Assembly: GCA_036642535.1 (NCBI GenBank)
Contig: JAVXTS010000005.1
Span: 27 to 64,026, forward strand
Origin: Eubacterium sp.
Lineage (GTDB): Bacteria; Bacillota; Clostridia; Eubacteriales; Eubacteriaceae
DNA: 64,000 bases
Reading direction: 5' to 3'
The notes beneath the pieces were generated by a model. The model did no database searches and was not told the origin of the DNA. It saw only the letters and a program-made list of their open reading frames with translations. Of this stretch, positions 54,101-62,013 are shown one piece after another. The first letter of the stretch is position 1, and each line of letters begins with the position of its first letter. A program made the translations under genes and the position numbers.

Positions 54101-54485
54101 TGATAAATTCACAAATATTCTCAAGAAATCCCAATCGTTTTGCACTTTTTTTATAGACCGTTAGATCCGGTAGGACAGTATTAATACTTTTCTGAAGAAT
54201 CATCTGTTTTCCATGATCGTCTACAAATGTTTTTGCAATACCGCCAACTTCACTTAGAATTCTATATTCAAGGCGTTTAAAGCTCAAAACATCTGCCCCA
54301 ATAAGTCCTTGCAGTTTATTTGCTTCCATTAATTCCCGCTCTGCTCCCAGGGTAAATTGCTCCGGCACAATTAAATACAATTTATCTTGCCCTTCCGACA
54401 AGCACTGACCGATTTCTTTATATATATATTGGTTTTTATCAATACCGGTACGATTTTTACGACCAACGATCATTTCAATATTCAT
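51120..54485 (-). CDS. addB: ATP-dependent helicase/nuclease subunit B
   Basis: Motifs IVPEQF, SVSRLE..CP, GVIDRVD, IDYKSG and CTYCEYNGIC. Confidence 0.93.
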   Translation of the reverse strand: MNIEMIVGRKNRTGIDKNQYIYKEIGQCLSEGQDKLYLIVPEQFTLGAERELMEANKLQGLIGADVLSFKRLEYRILSEVGGIAKTFVDDHGKQMILQKSINTVLPDLTVYKKSAKRLGFLENICEFISELKQSDITSESLENTVGEVGDGRLLGQKLKDILMIYRQFEDQMGKDCMDSDDRSLLFCEKILESHYLEGAKLWLTGFHTFSNLNFKIIEALAAKVEKLTMVLTCDIDEYAPDASAFAVTNLTLKRMQTISKNIGCTFKINRFDHQKTVQTGLEYLEKNLFSYQPKACQKEPTDIEVVQCKNLWEEVEKGAQKIVTLVRDKGLRYQDIVILAGDIDMYGSLIKRVFAEYDIPFFMDDVKRVTENNFLEAVIAALEIVQHHYTYEDVFSFIKTGFSLISEDESEDLENYTIEFGIRGSAWEKTFDKVSQNEALDLKKINISREKVITPFIIFKKELKKSKTYETKTKALFNFLESINVQESIDIFIERLRLEENYETMSFYNQIWNILMEVFDQIVRTMGDEEVTLEDYIAILKSGFHSYTIGVIPNHRDVVNVIDLLRSRSNRIKVLFVFGLNEGVIPKNHQSFNLLSERERDRLNEKEMGLQNSSHFHQEQEEFTLYNLLTSPEKNLYISFSMADMEGNTLGISTLLGRLKNVFPKLKVKSALDTTIENTWEQVTNAPGTLGKLTDYLREIRYGKKVVNANEKKIWQSVGNWYERDLKYRQTYIKIKEALNYEGVADKLGRGQAIKLFKPPIQASVSRLERYRQCPYAHFVQYGLKPMPRQEYTVEAPDIGTVLHHLIEQFYKRAEEIKIPIEELKDVQRDNMVDEILAEILPPFRNRIFSNTGQNQYLGRKINRISKRTMQVLAEHMRKGSFDFKYSEQVFNQVLKLPNFNDSVKIKGVIDRVDIYEKDGDTFVKVIDYKSGNKKLNLTEIYYGLSLQLLIYMEAGLTILEGDHLIPGGTFYFHVDDPLLKVDRLEPEVLTKAVNDSFKLNGIYLDDPRFTEAMDQESEAVPTVISMSSKNSKMSREEFDELLDYVKKIIVEMSEKILDGDVAIKPYKKGDETGCTYCEYNGICQFDLSIGKASYDVLKKTITKKELFEKIKKEGGNHAVD

Positions 54486-54588
54486 GATACACCTCCCACT
54501 TATTTTACTATTATAACAAAATAAAACTGCCGCAAACTTAATTAACAGGTTTGCTGACAGCTTCTAATTTTTCATGATCGAAATATTT

Positions 54589-55593
54589 TTATAAATTAAT
54601 AAATCCAACTTTTTTCCGTACTTTTGACAATGTTTTCCGTGCTATTTTAGAGGCTCTTTCAGCATTTTGTTTCATAATACTTTCTAAATATGCCTTATCC
54701 TGTAACAACCGTTTGTATTCTTCCTGAACCGGTCTTAAGGTCTCTGCCACACTTTCTCCAACCGCTAATTTAAAATCACCATATCCCTTGCCCTCGAACT
54801 CATGTTGAATCGCATCCAAACTACGTCCAGTTGTGCAATTATAAATTTCCATTAAATTGGATACCCCTGGTTTATTTTTACGGTCGAATCGAATTTCAGT
54901 ATCCGAATCAGTCACTGCACGTTTAAATTTTTTAACAATAGCACCGGGATCATCCAACAACGATACAAATCCATTTATATTCTCATCTGATTTAGACATC
55001 TTCTTAATTGGTTCTTGAAGACTCATAATGCGTGCTCCTGTTTCACCAAAATAAGGTTCCGGAATTTTAAACGTCGGACTAAAATTCTGATTAAATCGAA
55101 CCGCAATATCTCTTGCTAATTCCACATGCTGTTTCTGATCATTTCCAACGGGTACTAAGTCCGTCTGATATAGTAAAATATCAGCAGCCATCAATACAGG
55201 ATAGTCAAAAAGACCCACCCGAATATTATTTCCTTGTTTTTGGGATTTATCTTTAAATTGTGTCATACGGTTTAGTTCACCCATATAACTAAAACAATTA
55301 AGGATCCATGCTAATTCTGCATGTTCCGGTACCTGTGATTGAACATATAAAATTGATTTATCCGGATTAATTCCAAGTGCCATTAAAAGTGCCATTGATT
55401 CATAGGTACGCCGTCTTAAATCTGCCGGCACTTGTTGTACTGTAATCGCATGAAGATCAACCACACAATACAAGCAATCATATTTTTCCTGCATAGGGAC
55501 CCAGTTTTTCATTGCACCAAAATAATTTCCGATGGTAAACGTCCCCGATGGCTGTATGCCACTATAAACAATTTTTTTTTCCACTGTTTCCAT
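54589..55593 (-). CDS. trpS: Tryptophan-tRNA ligase
   Basis: Motifs SGIQPSG, TIGN, YPVLMAADIL, VPVGNDQ and KMSKS. Confidence 0.97.
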   Translation of the reverse strand: METVEKKIVYSGIQPSGTFTIGNYFGAMKNWVPMQEKYDCLYCVVDLHAITVQQVPADLRRRTYESMALLMALGINPDKSILYVQSQVPEHAELAWILNCFSYMGELNRMTQFKDKSQKQGNNIRVGLFDYPVLMAADILLYQTDLVPVGNDQKQHVELARDIAVRFNQNFSPTFKIPEPYFGETGARIMSLQEPIKKMSKSDENINGFVSLLDDPGAIVKKFKRAVTDSDTEIRFDRKNKPGVSNLMEIYNCTTGRSLDAIQHEFEGKGYGDFKLAVGESVAETLRPVQEEYKRLLQDKAYLESIMKQNAERASKIARKTLSKVRKKVGFINL

Positions 55594-55618
55594 AATATAA
55601 TCTTCCTCCTATAGCAAT

Positions 55619-56428
55619 CTATTCAATATCCAGTGATACTTGAACCAAATCATCACATATAATATTCAGTTGACAAATCATCTCTTCGAAAATGCAGTAA
55701 TCTTCCGAACTACCGGTTGTACAAATTTTTGTAACTCTATCATTAATAGAGCCATCATTCATAATACCTGTTTTTTCCATGTATTCTTTTAATAACATTA
55801 CTTGCTTAATTGCCGGATTAATAATATGTAACTCAGGATACATCTCTTCTATCATCATACGAACAATTGGAAAATGCGTACATCCCAGTAAAAGTTCCGT
55901 TACTGGTTTCACTTTCAAAATTGGAGCAATGGCTTCACAAATATCCCGTTTAAGTAAAGCTTTTTCATCTGGATAATTATTAATGACCTTTGCCAATGTT
56001 TTAGTTCCTTGAGATAGGTAATGTACTTTATTTGTATATCTTGCCAGTAATGTTTCATAAGCTCTATTTTTTACTGTTGCTGTTGTTGCAATCAAGCCGA
56101 CTTCACCTGACGATCTTTGCTCGATAGTCGCCAAACATCCCGCTTCAATAATACTAAAAAGTGGCACATTTGATGTCAGTCGATCCATAAGAGAAGACAC
56201 TGTGTTACAAGCCAATAAAATTGCTTTAACGCCTTGTGCCTCTAATAATCGAATATCACTATTGGCAAATTGAATAATCATATCATTTTCAAGCTCACCG
56301 TAAGGCATCCGTTTAGAATCACCTAAATAGACACTATTTTCCAACGGTAATTGTTTTTGAAGTTCCTGCAATACCGTAAAACCTCCAATACCTGAATCGA
56401 TTAAGCCAATTGGATTTCTATTTTCCAT
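55619..56428 (-). CDS. murI: Glutamate racemase
   Basis: Motifs DSGIGG, PYG, ACNT and LGCTHFP. Confidence 0.85.
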   Translation of the reverse strand: MENRNPIGLIDSGIGGFTVLQELQKQLPLENSVYLGDSKRMPYGELENDMIIQFANSDIRLLEAQGVKAILLACNTVSSLMDRLTSNVPLFSIIEAGCLATIEQRSSGEVGLIATTATVKNRAYETLLARYTNKVHYLSQGTKTLAKVINNYPDEKALLKRDICEAIAPILKVKPVTELLLGCTHFPIVRMMIEEMYPELHIINPAIKQVMLLKEYMEKTGIMNDGSINDRVTKICTTGSSEDYCIFEEMICQLNIICDDLVQVSLDIE

Positions 56429-56542
56429 AAATTACCTTCTATTCTTTGATTCATTCTAAAATAATATTATACGATCAACGATACATTATTTTCTACATAT
56501 TTGTTTATTATAACAATTTTTTTATGGATGGTAAAGATAAAA

Positions 56543-56587
56543 AAAGATTATTGCCGCATCTCGATTGAAAATACGGCAACAATCTTT
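56543..56587 (-). terminator. Terminator after the AI-2E gene
   Basis: AAAGATT.TTGCCG...CGGCAA.AATCTTT hairpin with a T-run on the minus strand. Confidence 0.5.
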
Positions 56588-56607
56588 AAAAAAATTTGTA
56601 TATTTTT

Positions 56608-57675
56608 TTAACTTATTTCCTTTTTAGATGAAGCAAACCCAGCAACTACATATTTAAGCACCACTTTAATTGCTCCCATCATTGGCACCGCTAAAATCAT
56701 TCCAAAACCGCCAAATAAAGCACCAAAGAAAAAGATTGAAAAGATAATGACGACCGGATGTAATCCAACATTTCCGGACATAATTGCAGGTGCTAGCAAA
56801 TTGCCACAAATGACTTGAACCACACACATCCAAATCAAAATATATACCATCAGAATAGGGCTGGATAACAATGCCATCACACAAATGACCACCATTCCCA
56901 CAGCCGGTCCAAAATAAGGAACCATTGTTGTTACACCGGCAACAACACCAATAATCGGTGCATAAGGTAATCCCATAAAATAAGCCCCAACACCCGTTAA
57001 AATACCGGCAATAATTGACATCAAACCTTGACCCCTGATAAATCCACCAATGACCATATCAACATCAGAAAACATTTTACGAACTTGATTTCTGGCATTA
57101 ATCGGCACTAAATACATAAATGAATGGATAAATACCTCTTTATCAAGTAATAGAAAAATAGTTACCAGAGGAATGATGACAATATTCATCAATTGTCCAC
57201 TATTAGCAATAATACTGTTAGACAAACTTTGAAGTACTGATCCAAACATCCCTGCCAGTTTTGTAAAAGATTCCTGGAGATTCACATATTTGGAAAAATC
57301 TGAATCATTGTATTGTGTAATCATAGCGGTAATTTGAGTACTATATTTTTGTAATTCACCCATCATTTGGGGAATACTTGATACCATCTGGGTAATACTA
57401 GTGATCAAACTTGGCACAAAACTCATAAACAACACAAACAAAATAAACAATACAATAACAAACACAATCAAAACAGATAATCCACGGCTAATCCCATGAT
57501 GTTCAAGCATTCTAACCAGTGGATTTAAAAGATATGCTAAAATAATTGCCAAAAAAAATGGCATAAACATTTCTGAAAAAGTCGGCCACAAGAAAATCGC
57601 TATTATAGCAAAAATCAAAATAATAATTGCATTAACAATTAGTAATCTTTTTTTATCGGGTGATACTTTCATCAT
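56608..57675 (-). CDS. AI-2E (PerM) family transporter
   Basis: Motifs LAYLLNPLV, GFIRGQ, VPYFGP, GLHP and GMILAVP. Confidence 0.88.
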   Translation of the reverse strand: MMKVSPDKKRLLIVNAIIILIFAIIAIFLWPTFSEMFMPFFLAIILAYLLNPLVRMLEHHGISRGLSVLIVFVIVLFILFVLFMSFVPSLITSITQMVSSIPQMMGELQKYSTQITAMITQYNDSDFSKYVNLQESFTKLAGMFGSVLQSLSNSIIANSGQLMNIVIIPLVTIFLLLDKEVFIHSFMYLVPINARNQVRKMFSDVDMVIGGFIRGQGLMSIIAGILTGVGAYFMGLPYAPIIGVVAGVTTMVPYFGPAVGMVVICVMALLSSPILMVYILIWMCVVQVICGNLLAPAIMSGNVGLHPVVIIFSIFFFGALFGGFGMILAVPMMGAIKVVLKYVVAGFASSKKEIS

Positions 57676-58201
57676 GATCCTCCCCTAATATTTTTTGCAG
57701 AATACCGCCTTCTCGATTTGTTTTTTTAATAGCAAACATTTCATCATTATAAACAAGCACATTCTCTTTAAAAAATAATTGATCAGCCGAAACCAAGCTG
57801 TATCCATAATCTAAATCATCAAAAAAACTGCGTGATAAATCGTATTCCAACACTTCCTTCAGATTATTCGAAATCGTTGCATCTGCCACTTTTGCAAAAC
57901 GATTACCTTCTATATCATTAACCGGCAAGTTTATGATTGAATAAGTTTCTGCAACCTGTATTTTCATTTCTTTAGCAGATATCTTATGCATCTCTTTTTC
58001 GGATTCAATTTCAAGATGATCATAATCGATATCAACAATATCAGAAGGTATAATAAATTGAGCTTTACTAAACAATCCTCCAAAAGATAAAATTAAATAT
58101 TTAATGCAATGATCTTTAATGCAAATATCATGAATTAATCCAAGAAATTTTTTATTCTTTGATGAAATAACTTGCATGTTTAATAAATTCCGCACTTTCA
58201 T
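57653..58201 (-). CDS. PRC-barrel domain protein (YrrD-like)
   Basis: Two PRC-like repeats (LNMQVIS...LGLIHD and INLPVND.EG...KVAD); lies between iscU and AI-2E. Confidence 0.6.
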   Translation of the reverse strand: MKVRNLLNMQVISSKNKKFLGLIHDICIKDHCIKYLILSFGGLFSKAQFIIPSDIVDIDYDHLEIESEKEMHKISAKEMKIQVAETYSIINLPVNDIEGNRFAKVADATISNNLKEVLEYDLSRSFFDDLDYGYSLVSADQLFFKENVLVYNDEMFAIKKTNREGGILQKILGEDHDESITR

Positions 58202-58373
58202 ATAATCACTCCTTTCATTTCTAAGCACTTACCCTCTATTTTAATTTTTACACCTATAAGTGCTTTTATTATATCATATTTTATTTCTTTTCTTAACTAC
58301 TAATTTTCAATAATCATTCAAAAAACCGATATCAAAAGTTTTACCTTCTAATATCGGTTTAACGTAAAATTTA

Positions 58374-58754
58374 TTATGCTTTCTGTTTTGATCGATAATC
58401 TTCAATAGCAGCTTGAATTGCTTCTGCTGCCAAAACAGAACAGTGAATTTTTTCTGTTGGTAACCCACCGAGTGCTTCAACAACTTCTGAATTTTTAAGT
58501 GCTGCTGCTTGATCAAGAGTTCTTCCCTTTATCATTTCGGTTGCCATACTACTGGTTGCAATGGCAGCGCCACAACCAAAGGTTTTAAAACTGGCATCTT
58601 CGACAATTCCATCATCACTTATTTTTAAATACATTTTCATAATATCGCCACATGCCGGACTTCCTACTTGGCCAATTCCGTTAGCATCTGCCATTTCGCC
58701 TACATTTTTAGGATTCTGAAAATTATCCATTACTGTATCTGTATATTCCATCAT
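58374..58754 (-). CDS. iscU: Fe-S cluster scaffold IscU/NifU
   Basis: Motifs NPKNVG, ACGD, FGCGAAIA and KIHCS. Confidence 0.93.
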   Translation of the reverse strand: MMEYTDTVMDNFQNPKNVGEMADANGIGQVGSPACGDIMKMYLKISDDGIVEDASFKTFGCGAAIATSSMATEMIKGRTLDQAAALKNSEVVEALGGLPTEKIHCSVLAAEAIQAAIEDYRSKQKA

Positions 58755-58784
58755 TGTTTTAATCTCCTTTTATCTAAATAATTT

Positions 58785-59987
58785 TTATTTTGAATGACCA
58801 TGGTCATAAACTGCATCGTCAATGGGTGAATTCGCATCAATGGGTGACATTTTTCTTAATCGCTCAATAATATCCACCAAATTATTGACTACATAGTCAA
58901 TGTCTTCCATCGTCGTATGTTTACCAATGGTTAACCGCAATGAGCCATGAGCTACTCCGGCAGGAAGGCCAATTGCCAGCAAAACATGTGACGGATTAAG
59001 TGATCCGGATGTGCAGGCCGATCCGCTAGAACCTGCAATACCAATTAGATCTAAACTTAACAGAATGGATTCTCCTTCGATATAGTCAAAACAAAAATTG
59101 GCATTTCCTGGTAAACGCTTTGTTGGATGACCGTTAAGTCGAACCTGAGGAATTTTTTCCATCACACCTTTAATAAGTGCATCCCGTAATTTTTTTAAAT
59201 GCGTGGCATTTTCTTCAAGATCATTTGCTGCCATCTCTGCTGCTTTTCCAAAACCAACAATCGCCGCTGTATTTTCTGTCCCCGCACGACGTTTCTTTTC
59301 TTGAGCACCACCGTGAACCAAATTTTCAATCGGTACACCTTTACGAATATATAATGCACCAATCCCCTTTGGCCCATAAATTTTATGACCTGAAAGAGAT
59401 AAAAGATCGACATTTAGATCTTTAACATCGATTGGAATATTCCCAAAAGCCTGAACCGCATCCGTATGAAAAAGAATCCCTTTTGTCTTAACGATTTCTC
59501 CAATTTCCTTGATCGATTGAATAGTGCCAATTTCATTATTGGCAAACATTATTGATACTAAAATGGTTTCCTCTTTAATAGCATCTTTAAGATCTTCAAT
59601 AGAAATCAAACCTTCTTTATCAACCGGTAAATAAGTCACTTGAAAACCTTCTTTTTCAAGATACTGACAAGTGTGTAAAACAGCATGATGTTCTATTTCA
59701 GTTGTTATAATATGATTTCCTTTTTTTCTATTTTTATATGCAATACCTTTGATTGCCCAGTTATCAGCTTCTGAACCACCGGCGGTAAAATACACTTCTT
59801 TATGATCTGCATTGATGGCTTGTGCCAACTGTAATCGTGCTGCTTCTACACCTCTTTTTGCTTCACGACCCTCCTCATAAACAGAAGAAGGATTACCAAA
59901 TTTTTCAGTAAAATACGGGAGCATTTCTGCTAAAACTGCTTCATCAACTGCGGTTGTTGCCGCATTATCTAAATATATTCTTTTCAT
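58785..59987 (-). CDS. iscS: Cysteine desulfurase
   Basis: Motifs YLDNAATT, HTDAVQ, SGHKIYGPKG and SSGSACTS. Confidence 0.95.
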   Translation of the reverse strand: MKRIYLDNAATTAVDEAVLAEMLPYFTEKFGNPSSVYEEGREAKRGVEAARLQLAQAINADHKEVYFTAGGSEADNWAIKGIAYKNRKKGNHIITTEIEHHAVLHTCQYLEKEGFQVTYLPVDKEGLISIEDLKDAIKEETILVSIMFANNEIGTIQSIKEIGEIVKTKGILFHTDAVQAFGNIPIDVKDLNVDLLSLSGHKIYGPKGIGALYIRKGVPIENLVHGGAQEKKRRAGTENTAAIVGFGKAAEMAANDLEENATHLKKLRDALIKGVMEKIPQVRLNGHPTKRLPGNANFCFDYIEGESILLSLDLIGIAGSSGSACTSGSLNPSHVLLAIGLPAGVAHGSLRLTIGKHTTMEDIDYVVNNLVDIIERLRKMSPIDANSPIDDAVYDHGHSK

Positions 59988-60000
59988 AAAAGCCTCTCTT

Positions 60001-60408
60001 TCATTGATCTAGCAGATCTTGAAGTGATCTGTTATCTATAATATTATTAATGCTATCTCTTATTTCAATCCATAATCCACGTGTAACACACTCTGCAGAT
60101 TTTTGACAGGTATAATTTTCTCTGCCGCCAACACATTCCGACATCTCAATGGGTCCTTCTAATGCACGAATAATTTCACCAACACTGATATCTTTCGGTT
60201 CTCTTGAAAGTATATACCCACCTTTAGAGCCTCTCGAACTAATAATTAAACCTGTTTTTTTTAAAGTTGAAAAAAGTTGTTCCATATAAGAATCTGAAAA
60301 GCTTTGTTTCTCTGCAATTTCTTTGATGGATATTGGGCCGTCTCCATACTTACGTGCAAGTTCATACATTGCAAGCACGCCATATCGACCTTTTGTGGAG
60401 AGTCTCAT
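60001..60408 (-). CDS. iscR: Rrf2-family regulator (IscR-like, three Cys)
   Basis: Motifs MRLSTKGRYG, YMEQL and SRGSKGGY; C-x8-C-x5-C; first gene of the isc operon. Confidence 0.82.
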   Translation of the reverse strand: MRLSTKGRYGVLAMYELARKYGDGPISIKEIAEKQSFSDSYMEQLFSTLKKTGLIISSRGSKGGYILSREPKDISVGEIIRALEGPIEMSECVGGRENYTCQKSAECVTRGLWIEIRDSINNIIDNRSLQDLLDQ

Positions 60409-60425
60409 ACCAATACCTCCTTTTT

Positions 60426-60450
60426 AATTCCCAGTATTCCACTTGGAATT
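60426..60450. promoter_or_regulatory. Candidate IscR/Rrf2 autoregulatory operator
   Basis: 25-bp palindrome AATTCCCAGT-N5-ACTTGGAATT just downstream of the extended -10 TGCTATAAT (60458-60466, minus strand). Confidence 0.65.
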
Positions 60451-60637
60451 TAATGATATTATAGCATAATTCAGAACGATTGAAAAGTAAAATCTCAATC
60501 TCTTTTTAAATTAAGTAATTCTTCAACAAAAACAGGCGTGTGATTATAGTGGCTTGCTTTTGTAGATTATTTGGGTTGCGTTTGGCTTGAAATTTACCGC
60601 ATAACATACCTAATAGCCTGTCGTTTTAACACATTAA

Positions 60638-60843
60638 CTACAAGGCAAAGAATACTACTCCAATAAAACCACCCATCGGCATGGATGCAAATACTTTTGG
60701 CATCGCAATAAACATAAGCCCTGGTCAGGCATTTAACGCACTCGGATCGCCACCTGAAAAAACAAAAACGAAAGGGACGATCATCATCACTGCTAAAATA
60801 GCAAAACCGATGTCAAAAAGTTCAATCTGTCCGACACATTTTT
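60638..60843 (-). pseudogene. Fragment of a sodium:neurotransmitter symporter (SNF/NSS) gene
   Basis: Minus-strand translation QIELFDIGFAILAVMMIVPFVFVFSGGDPSALNA*PGLMFIAMPK, then after a frameshift VFASMPMGGFIGVVFFAL*. Confidence 0.7.
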
Positions 60844-61225
60844 CACGACAAATGCATGAATGAATTGCGCGATATTGCCCTCTAAACTACTGATAAAATA
60901 ACGGCATTCCTTCGTTTCATTGCCTTGCTTACAGATGGTTTTTTCTTCCATCCCTATACTTGTTAGCCCTTTCCAGTGCTTGCGTTGACTGAGCCATTTG
61001 ACCTTTTATCTCGATTGTTTCCAACAATTCGGGGATGGCTGTGATTTCATTCCTTTTCTCATCAATGGCTTTCTGACCGAGGCAATAGCCATTTTTGAAT
61101 TCAAGATATTTTTTTAAGTAATCTTTATTTTCATGGGCAAAATCTTCGATTTCTTCCACTCATTTGCATTGGACAACGTCGCCAATAAAACGATCACTAA
61201 AATATCTTTTAAACAATGCTTTTAA
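60844..61225 (-). mobile_element. Internally deleted ISAs1-family transposase remnant
   Basis: KHCLKDILVIVLLATLSNANEW/EEIEDFA...LEFKNG joined directly to CLGQKAIDEKRNEITAIPELL. Confidence 0.75.
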
Positions 61226-61540
61226 TCAATTTTCAATCAATTTATCTTCGACCGTATATTGACCCAAAGACTTAACGTATGCTTTTTCATCATTAATAAT
61301 TGCACGTTTTTTACTATAAAATTCCTGTACTACAATATTTTTCACTAGTTGTTGCATTTGCAACATTGCTATTTTATCGTGTTTTTTAAATATGAAACAA
61401 CTTTATTTACAGAACGTTGATAAAGTAACTTTTCAAGTTCGGCTTTTTGGTTTACAGATTTTTTTAGTCCCCCACGCATATAGTATGGCAGTTACGACTG
61501 CAAACATTAATATTCCCAAAACCACTAAATATGTTGATAT
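61226..61540 (-). pseudogene. Frameshifted small membrane-anchored hypothetical protein gene following pqqD-like
   Basis: ISTYLVVLGILMFAVVTAILYAW/GLKKSVNQKAELEKLLYQRSVNKVVSYLK/KHDKIAM...DKLIEN* is recovered with +1 (G5 run) and -1 (A6 run) corrections; ATA sits at the expected start. Confidence 0.55.
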
Positions 61541-61560
61541 TTTATCTCTCTCTTTTAAAT

Positions 61561-61938
61561 TTATAGCGTTTTATAGCAAATAAAATCGTTATTTTTTAAA
61601 ATACGAAAATATTTTACAAGTCTTTCAAGTAACGGATGTGCTGACTCGCCAAATTTTTCGTCGACCAATTTACTTATTTCGTAAATATTCTTCACACCGT
61701 CCATTTGATTAAAAATAAACGTTCCATATTCATCTAATGTTATATTGCTTACAGCTGGTTTATTAAATATTTTTTGTGCTAATTTATTATAAAACCCTTT
61801 ATTTTTCATTTCAATTACAATAATACCATCATCATTTGTTTTCAATTTAAATTCTGGGTTTACAAATGGTCTCATATCCAAATAATTTTCTTTTGGCTTT
61901 TTTTCTTTTTTAGACATTATCTTTGACATCTCCTTCAA
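61561..61938 (-). CDS. PqqD-family (RRE-like) protein
   Basis: Winged-helix pattern LDEYGTFIFNQMDGVKNIYEI...L...FI; true start probably ATG 61929 or 61917. Confidence 0.72.
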   Translation of the reverse strand: MKEMSKIMSKKEKKPKENYLDMRPFVNPEFKLKTNDDGIIVIEMKNKGFYNKLAQKIFNKPAVSNITLDEYGTFIFNQMDGVKNIYEISKLVDEKFGESAHPLLERLVKYFRILKNNDFICYKTL

Positions 61939-61955
61939 ATAGACATTTTATAGCA

Positions 61956-61993
61956 AATGAACACATCACACTAAAATGCGTGATGTGTTCATT
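61956..61993. other. Intergenic hairpin between OPT and PqqD genes
   Basis: Perfect 14-bp inverted repeat AATGAACACATCAC/GTGATGTGTTCATT with only a short T-tail. Confidence 0.55.
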
Positions 61994-62013
61994 AAAAGCA
62001 ATAAAATTATTTG

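Noticed and set aside
60681-60863. 60-aa + strand ORF
   Set aside because: It is the antisense shadow of the minus-strand SNF transporter fragment.
61372-61381. TCGTG as a right terminal inverted repeat matching CACGA at 60844
   Set aside because: The match is short and falls inside the reconstructed hypothetical gene (K-H-D-K codons); no target-site duplication seen.
61392-61583. 63-aa + strand ORF as a possible RiPP precursor for the PqqD-like protein
   Set aside because: It lies antisense to a frameshifted minus-strand membrane-protein gene and has no RBS or precursor-like composition.
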